Assembly (NCBI GenBank): GCA_039208735.1
Contig: JBCCQY010000002.1
Location: 64,001-128,000, forward strand
Direction: 5' to 3'
Source: Myxococcota bacterium
GTDB lineage: Bacteria; Myxococcota_A; UBA796; GCA-2862545
Length of the DNA stretch: 64,000 bases
A model generated the notes under the pieces. That model was not told where the DNA came from and ran no database searches. It saw nothing but the letters and a program-made list of their open reading frames with translations. Of the stretch, positions 9,958 through 18,983 are shown piece by piece. Made by a program: the position numbers and the translations under genes. Within the stretch, counting starts at the first letter, position 1, and every line of letters starts with the position of its first letter.

Positions 9958-11166
9958 CTACTTGATGTAGCGCAGCGCCCGCATCTTCTCGAGGCTGCTG
10001 TCCACGACTTCGCGGTCGTAGCTTGGCGCATCCTTCGCGTTGCGCGTGCGCTCTTCGGTGACCCAGGCATCGCGCTTGGCCACCACCTGAGCCATCTCGG
10101 CCTGAATCCGCGCTCGTTCGGTGTTCCGCTTGTCGATTTCGGCCTGCCGCTGAGGAGCTGACAACGCCTGCAGTTCGGTGGGCAAGTCCTCATTGGCAAT
10201 GGCCCCGAGGTCCGCCCTGCCCTCTCGCAAATCGTCGAGCAGGTCACCGCGGCTCGCACCCGTCACGATCTTGCCGCCCCGCTTCGTGAGCACAGACGCG
10301 CGGGAGGCCTTGGTTGAGGTCGGAGCGGCATCGTAAAGGGCCATCTTGTCGGACGTCTCCTTCCGTTCGGCCCGGCTTCCCCAAGGAATCGCCGTCTTCG
10401 AAAGTTCGCGCTGCAGCCGGTCCAATTCCTCGTCGTAGGGAGTCGAGAGCCGTTCGACGGCCCCGTCTTGGGCCACGGCGCGGAACACCCCTTCGCCCGC
10501 TACCGCAATGCTGCGGAATTGCTTGGCGGTGCCTTGCATGCTTCCACACTGGATGGCGTTGACGAAGATGTCGCGGCTTCGCGCCCTGCGCACGACCTCG
10601 CGAGGCGAAGGTTCGTTGGCGTACTGCTTGTCCGGCGCATCCCCGACAAGGAAGATCGACCGAAAGACCCGGCCTTCCTGGGACCACGGCTGTTCGTTCA
10701 CTCCCGCAAGAAGGCCCTGAACCACCGACTCAGGCGCATCTCCGCCGCCTTGCGCCTGCAGACCCACCAACGTGCCGTAGATGGCGTCAAGATCGTCGGT
10801 AATCGGGGTCGTCTGAGTCACGTAGGCATCGCCCCGATCACGATAGGCCACCAGCCCAACCGCCACCTCGGGGCGAGGCTCCTGGCTTGAGAAGTCGTTG
10901 ACGACCTGCCAGATCGTCTCTTTCGCCCCTTCGATGAGGCCCGACATCGACGATGTGGTGTCGAGGACAAAGACCAGTTCGACCCTGGCTCCGGGCCGTG
11001 GCGTCACCTTGGCCTGCGGAGGCTCGGCCTTGGGCTCGACCGACATCTCGATCGGTTCGTCGGGCGGAGTCACGACATCGTGGGCGCGGGGAGTCAGGTA
11101 GGGTGCGGAAACGGCGGCCACCGCCACCAAACCAACCAACGACCACGTCAGGGTCGAACGCTTCAT
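9958..11166 (-). CDS. vWA domain protein, exported or membrane-anchored
   Basis: MIDAS LDTTSSMS, AYRD, GGGDAPE and LVGDAP motifs; GGAGG SD before the ATG. Confidence 0.85.
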   Translation of the reverse strand: MKRSTLTWSLVGLVAVAAVSAPYLTPRAHDVVTPPDEPIEMSVEPKAEPPQAKVTPRPGARVELVFVLDTTSSMSGLIEGAKETIWQVVNDFSSQEPRPEVAVGLVAYRDRGDAYVTQTTPITDDLDAIYGTLVGLQAQGGGDAPESVVQGLLAGVNEQPWSQEGRVFRSIFLVGDAPDKQYANEPSPREVVRRARSRDIFVNAIQCGSMQGTAKQFRSIAVAGEGVFRAVAQDGAVERLSTPYDEELDRLQRELSKTAIPWGSRAERKETSDKMALYDAAPTSTKASRASVLTKRGGKIVTGASRGDLLDDLREGRADLGAIANEDLPTELQALSAPQRQAEIDKRNTERARIQAEMAQVVAKRDAWVTEERTRNAKDAPSYDREVVDSSLEKMRALRYIK

Positions 11167-11212
11167 GGAACCTCCGAGGAGCTGTCGTCCCAACGGAGGT
11201 CCCTTCGCGAAC

Positions 11213-11773
11213 TTACGGACAGATCTGCTTCGGGTCCCGTTGCAGAGTTACCGACACACGATCCGTCAATTTCACGCCTTGGGCAGCATCGTTGACCGTG
11301 ACCGAGAGATCGGCCGTCTGGCCGTCCAACCCGCACACAAAGGCAACGGGATCATCGGTGAGTTCGTCGTCGTCGAAAATCGCGCGCAAGCCGAAGAACG
11401 TCCATCCGCAGGGTTTTTCGGGAACCAGCGCCAGGGTCTGAGCCGGCAACGCGCCGGTCAGCGTCTGGGCCTGCCATTCAAGGGCCAGCTGCACCGAAAC
11501 CACCTGTTCCGTCGCCATGACCCGCCCACCAACATCAATGTGCCAGCCCCCTTGCGGACCAAACACCACGGTCACGGCGTCACCGGGGTTGAGCGGCAAA
11601 TACTCCGACAGCCCCGTTCCAATGTCGACGGACGGCACCTCGCACGGGTCTGGCGGAGGCCCGGTGTCGGCGGTCGAAACTCCGGTTGCGACCGGGGGAA
11701 CACCGGTCTCATTCTTCGGCGGGCTGAGGTCGGTCTCGGGGGTGCACCCCAATCCCAGCAGGACGAACATCAC
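11213..11773 (-). CDS. Hypothetical lipoprotein
   Basis: Lipobox-like LGLGC and a GPQGGWH motif; start overlaps the upstream stop. Confidence 0.6.
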   Translation of the reverse strand: MMFVLLGLGCTPETDLSPPKNETGVPPVATGVSTADTGPPPDPCEVPSVDIGTGLSEYLPLNPGDAVTVVFGPQGGWHIDVGGRVMATEQVVSVQLALEWQAQTLTGALPAQTLALVPEKPCGWTFFGLRAIFDDDELTDDPVAFVCGLDGQTADLSVTVNDAAQGVKLTDRVSVTLQRDPKQICP

Positions 11774-13512
11774 GGTTCGAGCACCACGCGCGTGTTGCCT
11801 GGCACGTTGATGGCCGCCAACGTACGGCCGTCTGGCCACAGGACGCCCACGAAATCTGCGCCCGTGTAGTGGCCCAGTCCAAAGCGTGTCGTCAGGGCGT
11901 TCTGCGAAGCGCGGCTGCTGCCCCCGGTCACATCCCGGAACCAGACATCGTCGCCTGCCTTCACGACAACGCGCGCCGTAATGCCCGTGCCTTCACCGGT
12001 TCCGGGGGCACTGCCGATGACCACTTCGAGGAAGCGGTTCGTGCCGCGGTCGGTGTCGTTGCGGTACAACTGAACCCGATTGCCCCCGGTGTTCGCACTC
12101 ACCACATCGACGTCACCATCGTGGTCGTAGTCCGCGAACGCCACCGGAACGTTGTGGCCGTTTTGGGTCGTGGGATGCGTCCATTCCTGCTCGGTGAAGG
12201 TGGGCGGGTCATCCTGGTTGTGCGTAAACGTGAGGTAGGGGCGCCAGTCTTCCTGGGCGACGAAAATGTCCCACCACCCATCCGCATTGAGGTCTTCGAA
12301 CCCGAGTCCCCAGCCGTAGGTGCCACGAACGCCCGCCGCAAGGGCAAAGTCGACGAACGTACCGTTCGGCTGCCCCATCAACAGGGCATTCCCACCAATG
12401 TTGCCGATGTAGTAGTCGAGGATGCCGTTGCGATCGACATCTGCGCCATCGATGCCCATGGGATTGCCCATGGCGTTTGTCATCTGGGCCGCCGACGTGA
12501 CATCGACGAACTGTCCGCCTTGGTTTTGGAGCAGCGAGCGGTTCGACGTGAAGTTCCCGCGGTCGTTCCAGACGTTGAGGTCCTGGTCGCCGTCGTTGTC
12601 GAAGTCGGTCCAAATCACCGCACAGGGGTTGCCGGTCGTGGAGACCTGCAGGCCAGCGGCCGCGCTCTCATCGGTGAATCCGCCCGCCTGGTCGTTGCGC
12701 AGCAGGTAGCCATGGCGCGAGTTGTTGTCGAAGGTGCTGGAGGCGACGAACAAATCGAGCCAACCATCGCCGTCGTAGTCACCAAACGCTCCGATCTTCG
12801 ATGAGCCAGAGAAGTCCTCGGAGGACGCCGGACCACCCGCCCCTGCGGCTTCGGTCTGATCGGTGAACGTGCCCCCCTCATTGCGAAGCAGGACGTCGTG
12901 GTCATGGGCGCCGATGTAGATGTCGACATCCCCATCCGCGTCGTAGTCCGCGGCAGCGACCGAGTAGGTGTCGAGCCCACGCAAGATGTCGCCAAGGCCC
13001 GTGGAGGCAGAGACGTCCGTGAAGGACCCCTTGCGGTCGTTCCTCCAAAGGCTCGACGTGGGGTTGCCCCCCGATGCGATGAGAATGTCTTCCCAACCGT
13101 CTCCGTCGTAGTCGAAGAAGCCGATTCCCACGCCGTGGGAGTTACCGCCCGCCAACGCCTGACTAAGACCCGAGGTTGCCGCGACCTCGGTCAGGACGAG
13201 CGGCTGGCTTTCCACCCGTTGGTCCTTGGGAATCATCTCTACCTTGTGGCCAAGGTCCCGGGCGCCAGCCAGCGGGATGTCCTGCCACAAGAACGGCGCA
13301 CTGAAGGCTTGTCCGTCGTTGCCCGTGTCGTCAGGTGCGGAGTCTGTATCGGCGTCCGCATCGCTATCGGCGTCCGCGTCACTGTCCGCATCGGCGTCCG
13401 CATCGGCATCTGCGTCTGCGTCGGCATCTGAGTCCGCGGAATCCCCGCTGCAGGCCGCAAGGGCACCGCCGAGGGCTAAAGTCCACAGGATCGGCCAGGC
13501 GTTGAGTCGCAT
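11770..13512 (-). CDS. CRTAC1/ASPIC-UnbV family lipoprotein with FG-GAP repeats
   Basis: Lipobox LAAC, (DA)n linker, multiple DYDxDGxxD repeats and a C-terminal ASPIC/UnbV-like segment (RFGLG, WPDG). Confidence 0.85.
   Translation of the reverse strand: MRLNAWPILWTLALGGALAACSGDSADSDADADADADADADADSDADADSDADADTDSAPDDTGNDGQAFSAPFLWQDIPLAGARDLGHKVEMIPKDQRVESQPLVLTEVAATSGLSQALAGGNSHGVGIGFFDYDGDGWEDILIASGGNPTSSLWRNDRKGSFTDVSASTGLGDILRGLDTYSVAAADYDADGDVDIYIGAHDHDVLLRNEGGTFTDQTEAAGAGGPASSEDFSGSSKIGAFGDYDGDGWLDLFVASSTFDNNSRHGYLLRNDQAGGFTDESAAAGLQVSTTGNPCAVIWTDFDNDGDQDLNVWNDRGNFTSNRSLLQNQGGQFVDVTSAAQMTNAMGNPMGIDGADVDRNGILDYYIGNIGGNALLMGQPNGTFVDFALAAGVRGTYGWGLGFEDLNADGWWDIFVAQEDWRPYLTFTHNQDDPPTFTEQEWTHPTTQNGHNVPVAFADYDHDGDVDVVSANTGGNRVQLYRNDTDRGTNRFLEVVIGSAPGTGEGTGITARVVVKAGDDVWFRDVTGGSSRASQNALTTRFGLGHYTGADFVGVLWPDGRTLAAINVPGNTRVVLEP
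13342..13440 (-). repeat. Low-complexity (Asp-Ala/Ser)n coding repeat
   Basis: Encodes SADSDADADADADADADADSDADADSDADADTD with synonymous codon variation. Confidence 0.9.
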
Positions 13513-13601
13513 CCACGCTCCTTGTCGCGCGTGGTCACTATGACACGGCCCACCAGGGTTCGCGTCGCAGATCTGTCAAGGGAGCCGCCTGTCCGCTGTG
13601 T

Positions 13602-14021
13602 TCAGGGGCCTACCGGGTTGTTTTGTTCCTGCGTGTACACCACGAAGGTCCGCGAGACCTGGGACCCCACAAACGGCAAGCCGAACAGCGACTGGTAGGG
13701 CACCGCCGCATGAACGCGAAGCCACATGCGACCGCTCAAGTCGGGGGTCCAGGTCGCCGTGACGGTGGCGGTCGAGGAGTCGAGGCCCCACAGGTCGAGC
13801 GCCTCCCGGGTCGTCATCTCGGCCTTGTCGGTGATCGGAGCCCCGGTCTTGGCATCGGCGGGCAGGATGGTTCGACTCGCTTCCCGGGCACCATCCTGGA
13901 CCGCCCGGCTCACCGCCTGTCGCGAAAAGGACCACCAAGCGAAATCGGTCGACCCCACGAGCAACAACAGAACAAACGGCAAGGTAAGTGCAAACTCGAT
14001 CGCGTTGGCACCGCGTCTCAT
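13602..14021 (-). CDS. TadE-like minor pilin
   Basis: RRG/ANAIEFAL prepilin-type N-terminus, TM segment and AVQDGAR motif. Confidence 0.8.
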   Translation of the reverse strand: MRRGANAIEFALTLPFVLLLLVGSTDFAWWSFSRQAVSRAVQDGAREASRTILPADAKTGAPITDKAEMTTREALDLWGLDSSTATVTATWTPDLSGRMWLRVHAAVPYQSLFGLPFVGSQVSRTFVVYTQEQNNPVGP

Positions 14022-14452
14022 GTCGGATCCCGTTGAAACTCGAGACGAACCACCACCTCATCCGTGAGGTCGCCCGACTGGATTTCGGAAAGGGCTGGAG
14101 TCAGGCCATCCCAAGGCGCGACGAGGTTGCAACGTAGGGCGCGGTTGGGGATGGCCCCCACCATTGTGGTATTCACCACACAACCTGGACAAGCGCCAAC
14201 ACTGCCCTCGTAAAGGCTCCGAATGGCGTTTTGGGCTCGGGTGTGCACGTCGGCCACGGCACTTTCCTTGAGCCCCGGATCGACGAGCGAGCCCGCCCGA
14301 CACCCTCGACTCACCGCCGAACGCATGGCGCCCCGTTGAAGCATCAGCCACGAAAGGTCGACGCTTCCTCCGACCAACAGCACAAACACCGGAAGGAGCA
14401 AGGCAAACTCAACCGCGTTGGCCCCCCGACGCTTCGTTCGACGCATCATCAT
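14018..14452 (-). CDS. TadE-like minor pilin
   Basis: RRG/ANAVEFALLLP N-terminus and a Cys pair; ATGA coupling. Confidence 0.8.
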   Translation of the reverse strand: MMMRRTKRRGANAVEFALLLPVFVLLVGGSVDLSWLMLQRGAMRSAVSRGCRAGSLVDPGLKESAVADVHTRAQNAIRSLYEGSVGACPGCVVNTTMVGAIPNRALRCNLVAPWDGLTPALSEIQSGDLTDEVVVRLEFQRDPT

Positions 14453-15594
14453 TCCACCAACGCAATCGGAAGCGACTCGGCAATGTCGGTGAAGATGTCG
14501 ACGAGTTCGGACGAATTCGTGGCTCGAATGAAATATCCGTCACCCTGGGCGACCGGAACCATCCAGGGGTCATTGAGCTTGAAGCTCACCATCCAGGTAT
14601 GCACCTCCGCCGTGTCCCATGCCATCTTCGTCATGGCCTGTGACTCGCTGCGAATGGCGTCTTTGGTGCGTGCGGTGGCCCCGGTGTACTCGAAGCGCCA
14701 CCGGGTATCGACCCATCCAACGTCGTTCCGGTTCTTGTGCTTGCCGACATCGGCCGGAGCCCCATCCGTGATGATGATCATGGCTCGATAAACCGTTGGA
14801 TCGGGCTGCTCGGCGAACATCTTGGTCGCCATTTGAATGCCGATGGCATGGTCGGTGCCGGTCTCATCGTTGAACTGCAGGGGAACCGGCGGCAGTGGCT
14901 CCACAGGAATGGCAGTGCCCGTCAGCTGGGCTCGGTCCAGTTTCAGCCACTCCTCACGCACGCCGTTCGCCACGGCATCATCCACCCGCGTGAGCGGCGT
15001 GAACTCCGTTCCATACTTGCCATGGAACACGACCAACCCAACGCGGTCGTTCTTTCCTGCCGCGGAAGCCATGTGGTCGAACACCGCGACGGCTCCATCC
15101 CGGGCCCCGACGAAATCCACCGGACTCCACGACCGCGTGATGTCGACCACCACGATGGTGTGGAGGGGTCGGGCGGCGGCCGCCGCCGTTCCGCGAAGGG
15201 TTTGGCTGCCCGCTCCCCAAAAACCCGAGAACGGAAGGTCCACATCGACCTTCACGTCCACACGAACCGCGTTCGCATTGAGGCTGGTTGGCGTGAAAAC
15301 CCCTGCTTCGAAGAGCCCAAAGTCCAGGTGATCTTGAATCGGCTGGATGCCCGCCACCCGATTGTGCCCCGTGACCTGCTGGGAAACGGCCTTAGCAACC
15401 GCTCGATTGTTGGTAGACCGAAGCTCCAGAATCGCGGCCTGGGCCGACGCATCGGCTACGGCTTGAATTTCCGCGTCCGCCAAACGCAACATGGACAGAT
15501 CAACGGCAATCGCACCAAACGCAACCAGTGCGCTTGCGGCGATGGCATAAACTGCAGCATAGGACCCACGCTGCGGCATTCTCGAGAGTTTCAT
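14449..15594 (-). CDS. TadG-like pilus protein with vWA domain
   Basis: QRG/SYAAV N-terminus, AVD...QAVADASA Tad motif, vWA DITRS and ITDG motifs. Confidence 0.8.
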   Translation of the reverse strand: MKLSRMPQRGSYAAVYAIAASALVAFGAIAVDLSMLRLADAEIQAVADASAQAAILELRSTNNRAVAKAVSQQVTGHNRVAGIQPIQDHLDFGLFEAGVFTPTSLNANAVRVDVKVDVDLPFSGFWGAGSQTLRGTAAAAARPLHTIVVVDITRSWSPVDFVGARDGAVAVFDHMASAAGKNDRVGLVVFHGKYGTEFTPLTRVDDAVANGVREEWLKLDRAQLTGTAIPVEPLPPVPLQFNDETGTDHAIGIQMATKMFAEQPDPTVYRAMIIITDGAPADVGKHKNRNDVGWVDTRWRFEYTGATARTKDAIRSESQAMTKMAWDTAEVHTWMVSFKLNDPWMVPVAQGDGYFIRATNSSELVDIFTDIAESLPIALVE

Positions 15595-15793
15595 GGTTGA
15601 CCCCGCGCGGTCGGATTCTATGAAAGGGATCTCAAGTATCGGGTCTCATAGCGGTGACGCCTCCATACTCCCTCCACATCCATTTCAATCAGTACCGATA
15701 CCCGGAAGAGATTCCGTCAACCGGGACTTCGGAGGTTCGTTTGACGCCGCGCGATCCACTTGTTGTGGAAGACGCACAAATGGGAGGAACCCA

Positions 15794-17179
15794 ATGGCGA
15801 CGCGGATCGAGAAAGACAGCCTGGGTGAGGTCGAGGTCCCCGACGAGCGCTATTGGGGCGCCCAGACCGAGCGCAGCCGTCAGAATTTCCCAATCGGTAC
15901 CGAGACGATGCCCGAGGAGTTGATCGCGGCGTTCGCCGTCGTGAAGAAGGCCGCCGCCCGTACGAACGTGGCGCTCGCGGGGCTTCCCGCCGAGACGGGC
16001 AAGGCCATCGAGTCGGCTTGCGACGAGATTCGAGCCGGGAAGCTGCCTCACGAGTTCCCTTTGGTGGTCTGGCAGACGGGGTCGGGAACCCAGAGCAACA
16101 TGAACCTCAACGAGGTCATCGCGAACCGCGCCAGCGAGATGCTGGGCGGCGACTTCCGCGTGAACCGTCAGGTCCATCCCAACGACGATGTGAATCGTAG
16201 CCAATCGTCGAACGACACCTTTCCCACCGCGATGCACATCGCGGCCTACAGCCTCGTCAAGTCGCTGACGATTCCCTCGCTCGAAGGCTTGCGCGACACC
16301 CTGGCCGCCAAATCGGCTGCGTTCGACAACGTGATCAAGACGGGCCGCACCCACCTCATGGACGCCACACCGCTGACGTTGGGGCAGGAACTGAGTGGCT
16401 ATGTCACCCAGATCGACAATGGACTCACCGCGCTCCACAACGCCCTGCCTCGCGTGGCGGAACTCGCCCTTGGCGGAACCGCGGTGGGTACGGGGCTCAA
16501 CACACCGGCTGGCTACTCCGAGGCGGTCGCCGGAGCCATTGCCGACATTACGGGGCACCCATTCGTCACGGCCCCCAACAAGTTCGAAGCGCTCTCGGCC
16601 CACGATGCGCTCGTCGAACTGTCGGGGGCGCTCAAGCGCGTTGCCGTGAGCCTGCTGCACATTGCCAACAACATTCGACTGCTGGCGTCCGGCCCCCGCA
16701 CCGGCATCGCCGAAATCACGATTCCCGCCAATGAGCCCGGCAGTTCAATCATGCCGGGGAAGGTGAACCCGACGCAGTGCGAAGCCCTCACGATGGTGGC
16801 GGCACAGGTAATTGGGAACGACACCACGGTCGCCCTGGCCGGCACCCACGGCCAATTCCAACTCAATGTGTTCAAGCCGGTGATGGCCTACAACGTGCTC
16901 CAAAGCGCGCGGCTCATCGGCGATGGCGCAAAAAGCTTCAACGAGCGCTGCGCGCAGGGCATCGAACCCAACACGGCACGCATCGCCGAACTCGTCGAAC
17001 GCAGCTTGATGCTCGTCACGGCCCTCAACAAGCACATCGGCTACGACCGGGCCGCCGAAATCGCCAAGAAGGCGCACGCCGAAGGGACGTCGCTCCGTGA
17101 AGCGGCGCTGGCCCTCGGCCATCTCTCGGCCGATGAATTCGACCGCATCGTGGTTCCCGCCAATATGGTGGGAAGGTAG
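15794..17179 (+). CDS. fumC: Fumarate hydratase class II
   Basis: [30 protein letters not shown] and [15 protein letters not shown] motifs; GGAGG SD. Confidence 0.98.
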   Translation: MATRIEKDSLGEVEVPDERYWGAQTERSRQNFPIGTETMPEELIAAFAVVKKAAARTNVALAGLPAETGKAIESACDEIRAGKLPHEFPLVVWQTGSGTQSNMNLNEVIANRASEMLGGDFRVNRQVHPNDDVNRSQSSNDTFPTAMHIAAYSLVKSLTIPSLEGLRDTLAAKSAAFDNVIKTGRTHLMDATPLTLGQELSGYVTQIDNGLTALHNALPRVAELALGGTAVGTGLNTPAGYSEAVAGAIADITGHPFVTAPNKFEALSAHDALVELSGALKRVAVSLLHIANNIRLLASGPRTGIAEITIPANEPGSSIMPGKVNPTQCEALTMVAAQVIGNDTTVALAGTHGQFQLNVFKPVMAYNVLQSARLIGDGAKSFNERCAQGIEPNTARIAELVERSLMLVTALNKHIGYDRAAEIAKKAHAEGTSLREAALALGHLSADEFDRIVVPANMVGR

Positions 17180-17205
17180 GTCGGTAGGCCGCTCCGACCG
17201 AGCCG

Positions 17206-17748
17206 TTACGTCGGAGCGAGGATCATTTGCATCCGCCGACCTTCCATACGGGGATGGCTCTCGATCCGGCTCACGTCGCTCACCGCTTCGGCGATGCGGA
17301 GGCACTGCTCTGCACCGATGTCTCGGTGGGCATGCTCACGACCTCGGAACCACACGACCACCTTGACGAGGTCGCCACGGTCGAGGAAGTCCTTCGCCTT
17401 GCGAATCTTCACCGCCAGGTCGTGCTCATCGGTCTTCGGACGAATCTTCAGTTCTTTGAGCTGACGCTGATGCTGCGACTTCTTGGCCTGCGACTTGGCC
17501 TTTTTCCGGTCGTACTTCATCTTACCGAAGTCTGCGAACTTGCAGACGGGCGGATCCGCATCGGGTGCGACTTCGACCAGGTCGAGCCCGCGCTCGTTTG
17601 CGAGCTGCATGGCGTCGGCCGGCTGGAATTCTCCGAGGCGGTTGCCCTCCTCGTCGATGACCATGACCCGGCGGGCCCGAATGTGCTCATTGACCCGAGG
17701 TCCTTCGACCGGGGGTGGTGTACGGCGTCCACGACGTCGAATACCCAT
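17206..17748 (-). CDS. infC: Translation initiation factor IF-3
   Basis: RVNEHIRA, LDLVEVAPDADPPVCK, KELKIRPKTDEHD and FRGRE motifs. Confidence 0.95.
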   Translation of the reverse strand: MGIRRRGRRTPPPVEGPRVNEHIRARRVMVIDEEGNRLGEFQPADAMQLANERGLDLVEVAPDADPPVCKFADFGKMKYDRKKAKSQAKKSQHQRQLKELKIRPKTDEHDLAVKIRKAKDFLDRGDLVKVVVWFRGREHAHRDIGAEQCLRIAEAVSDVSRIESHPRMEGRRMQMILAPT

Positions 17749-17750
17749 GA

Positions 17751-17840
17751 TTACACCTGCTCCCGGTTGGGAGACTCGAGATTCACTCGTTGGATTGGTT
17801 CTCCTTGCTGAATGAGGTTTACCTTTGACTGTTCCTTCAC
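17751..17840 (-). CDS. Putative 29-aa leader ORF upstream of infC
   Basis: AAGGAG-5nt-GTG start; MKEQSKVNLIQQGEPIQRVNLESPNREQV; TAA 2 nt before the infC ATG; second in-frame AAGGAG-5nt-ATC at 17795. Confidence 0.45.
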   Translation of the reverse strand: MKEQSKVNLIQQGEPIQRVNLESPNREQV

Positions 17841-17951
17841 GAACACTCCTTGAAGGGGTGGACTAATCACGCCTCTCACCGTACAGCCTTCTTAGAGGCC
17901 CTGGGGTCGGTGTGTGAATGGGCGCCCGCGGGCGGAAGTGCCCGTTCTTTT

Positions 17952-17960
17952 AGTATAGCA
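17952..17960 (-). promoter_or_regulatory. Putative extended -10 promoter for the infC leader
   Basis: TGCTATACT on the minus strand; the identical 9-mer occurs at 52726-52734. Confidence 0.5.
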
Positions 17961-18075
17961 ACGATTCGCATTCGTTACGAGGGCCTATCGGCGGATGCGA
18001 CCTCATCACGACCGAATGCCTTCCTTGACGGATGCTCACCGGACGGACACGTGTGGCTCACGCCCGGGAGGCCCC

Positions 18076-18915
18076 ATGGATCCGTTCGACTCACCCCAAG
18101 CCGAAGGCGGTTTCAAGATCGGCGAGCTTTCGGCCGCCGTTGCCGTTAGCGACGCCATTTCAGGCATGCTGCGGAACGCCCTAGGTTGGTTCCTCGTCAT
18201 GGTCACATTCATGGTGGCCATCTTCATCGGCATTTGCCCCACCGTCGTCGGTTGGATCGTTCTCCTACCTCTGATGACGTGGGGCCTTCAGGCCTACGCG
18301 CTCGAAGCGGTCGACGGAAACGCGAACTACATGACGCTGTTCTCGGGCTGGGAGCAATTCGGCACGATGATGGCGCGCATGTGGGGCCTGTTCATTTTGG
18401 GTGGTTTGGCGTACGGACTGCTCTTCACTCCGCCCTTCGTGCTCATCTCGTACCCCGAACTCCAAATGATGGTCCAAGGCGATTTCGCTGCGTTTGAGCA
18501 GGCGCAAATCATGTTCACCGTCAAGTCGATGGCCGTAGGGCTCCTGATGAGCTTGCTGGCCGTCCGATTCATCCTGGTGTTGCCGTTCGTCGTGGACCAC
18601 GACAAGCCCATCCTCGAGGCCATTTCCGAGAGCTGGCAGCGGACGGGCAGCCATTGGCTCACCCTGATCGGAATCATCTTGCTCTACCAGCTGCTGCTCG
18701 TCCCCGGCCAGGTGCTGAACCTTGGGGCGGCTCAATTCAATACGCAGGCCCAAAGCAACCCTGAAGAACTCGTCGCCGCCCTGCCCTTGGTTTTGGGCGC
18801 TCAGCTCTTCGCGACCGTGCTCAACCTCGTCGTCGCAGTGTTCTTCTCGATGCTGACGGCGAGCGTGTTTCGTCAACTGGCCGGGCCTTCCCCCCAGAAG
18901 GCTGCGGGCGCCTAA
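18076..18915 (+). CDS. Integral membrane protein of unknown function
   Basis: About 6 hydrophobic segments and an EAISESWQRT motif; GGAGG SD. Confidence 0.7.
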   Translation: MDPFDSPQAEGGFKIGELSAAVAVSDAISGMLRNALGWFLVMVTFMVAIFIGICPTVVGWIVLLPLMTWGLQAYALEAVDGNANYMTLFSGWEQFGTMMARMWGLFILGGLAYGLLFTPPFVLISYPELQMMVQGDFAAFEQAQIMFTVKSMAVGLLMSLLAVRFILVLPFVVDHDKPILEAISESWQRTGSHWLTLIGIILLYQLLLVPGQVLNLGAAQFNTQAQSNPEELVAALPLVLGAQLFATVLNLVVAVFFSMLTASVFRQLAGPSPQKAAGA

Positions 18916-18983
18916 GCGTGTTTTGTGCGGGCAGGTGAAAGCTTCCGCCCGCACCCCCGTTCGGCTGCCGCAAAGGAGGCCGA

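Noticed and set aside
17179..17199. GGTCGG/CCGACC hairpin between convergent fumC and infC
   Set aside because: Short stem with no U-tract; terminator function unsupported.
18925..18954. GTGCGGGC/GCCCGCAC hairpin before the A2M gene
   Set aside because: No downstream U-tract and a single copy; insufficient to call a terminator or REP.
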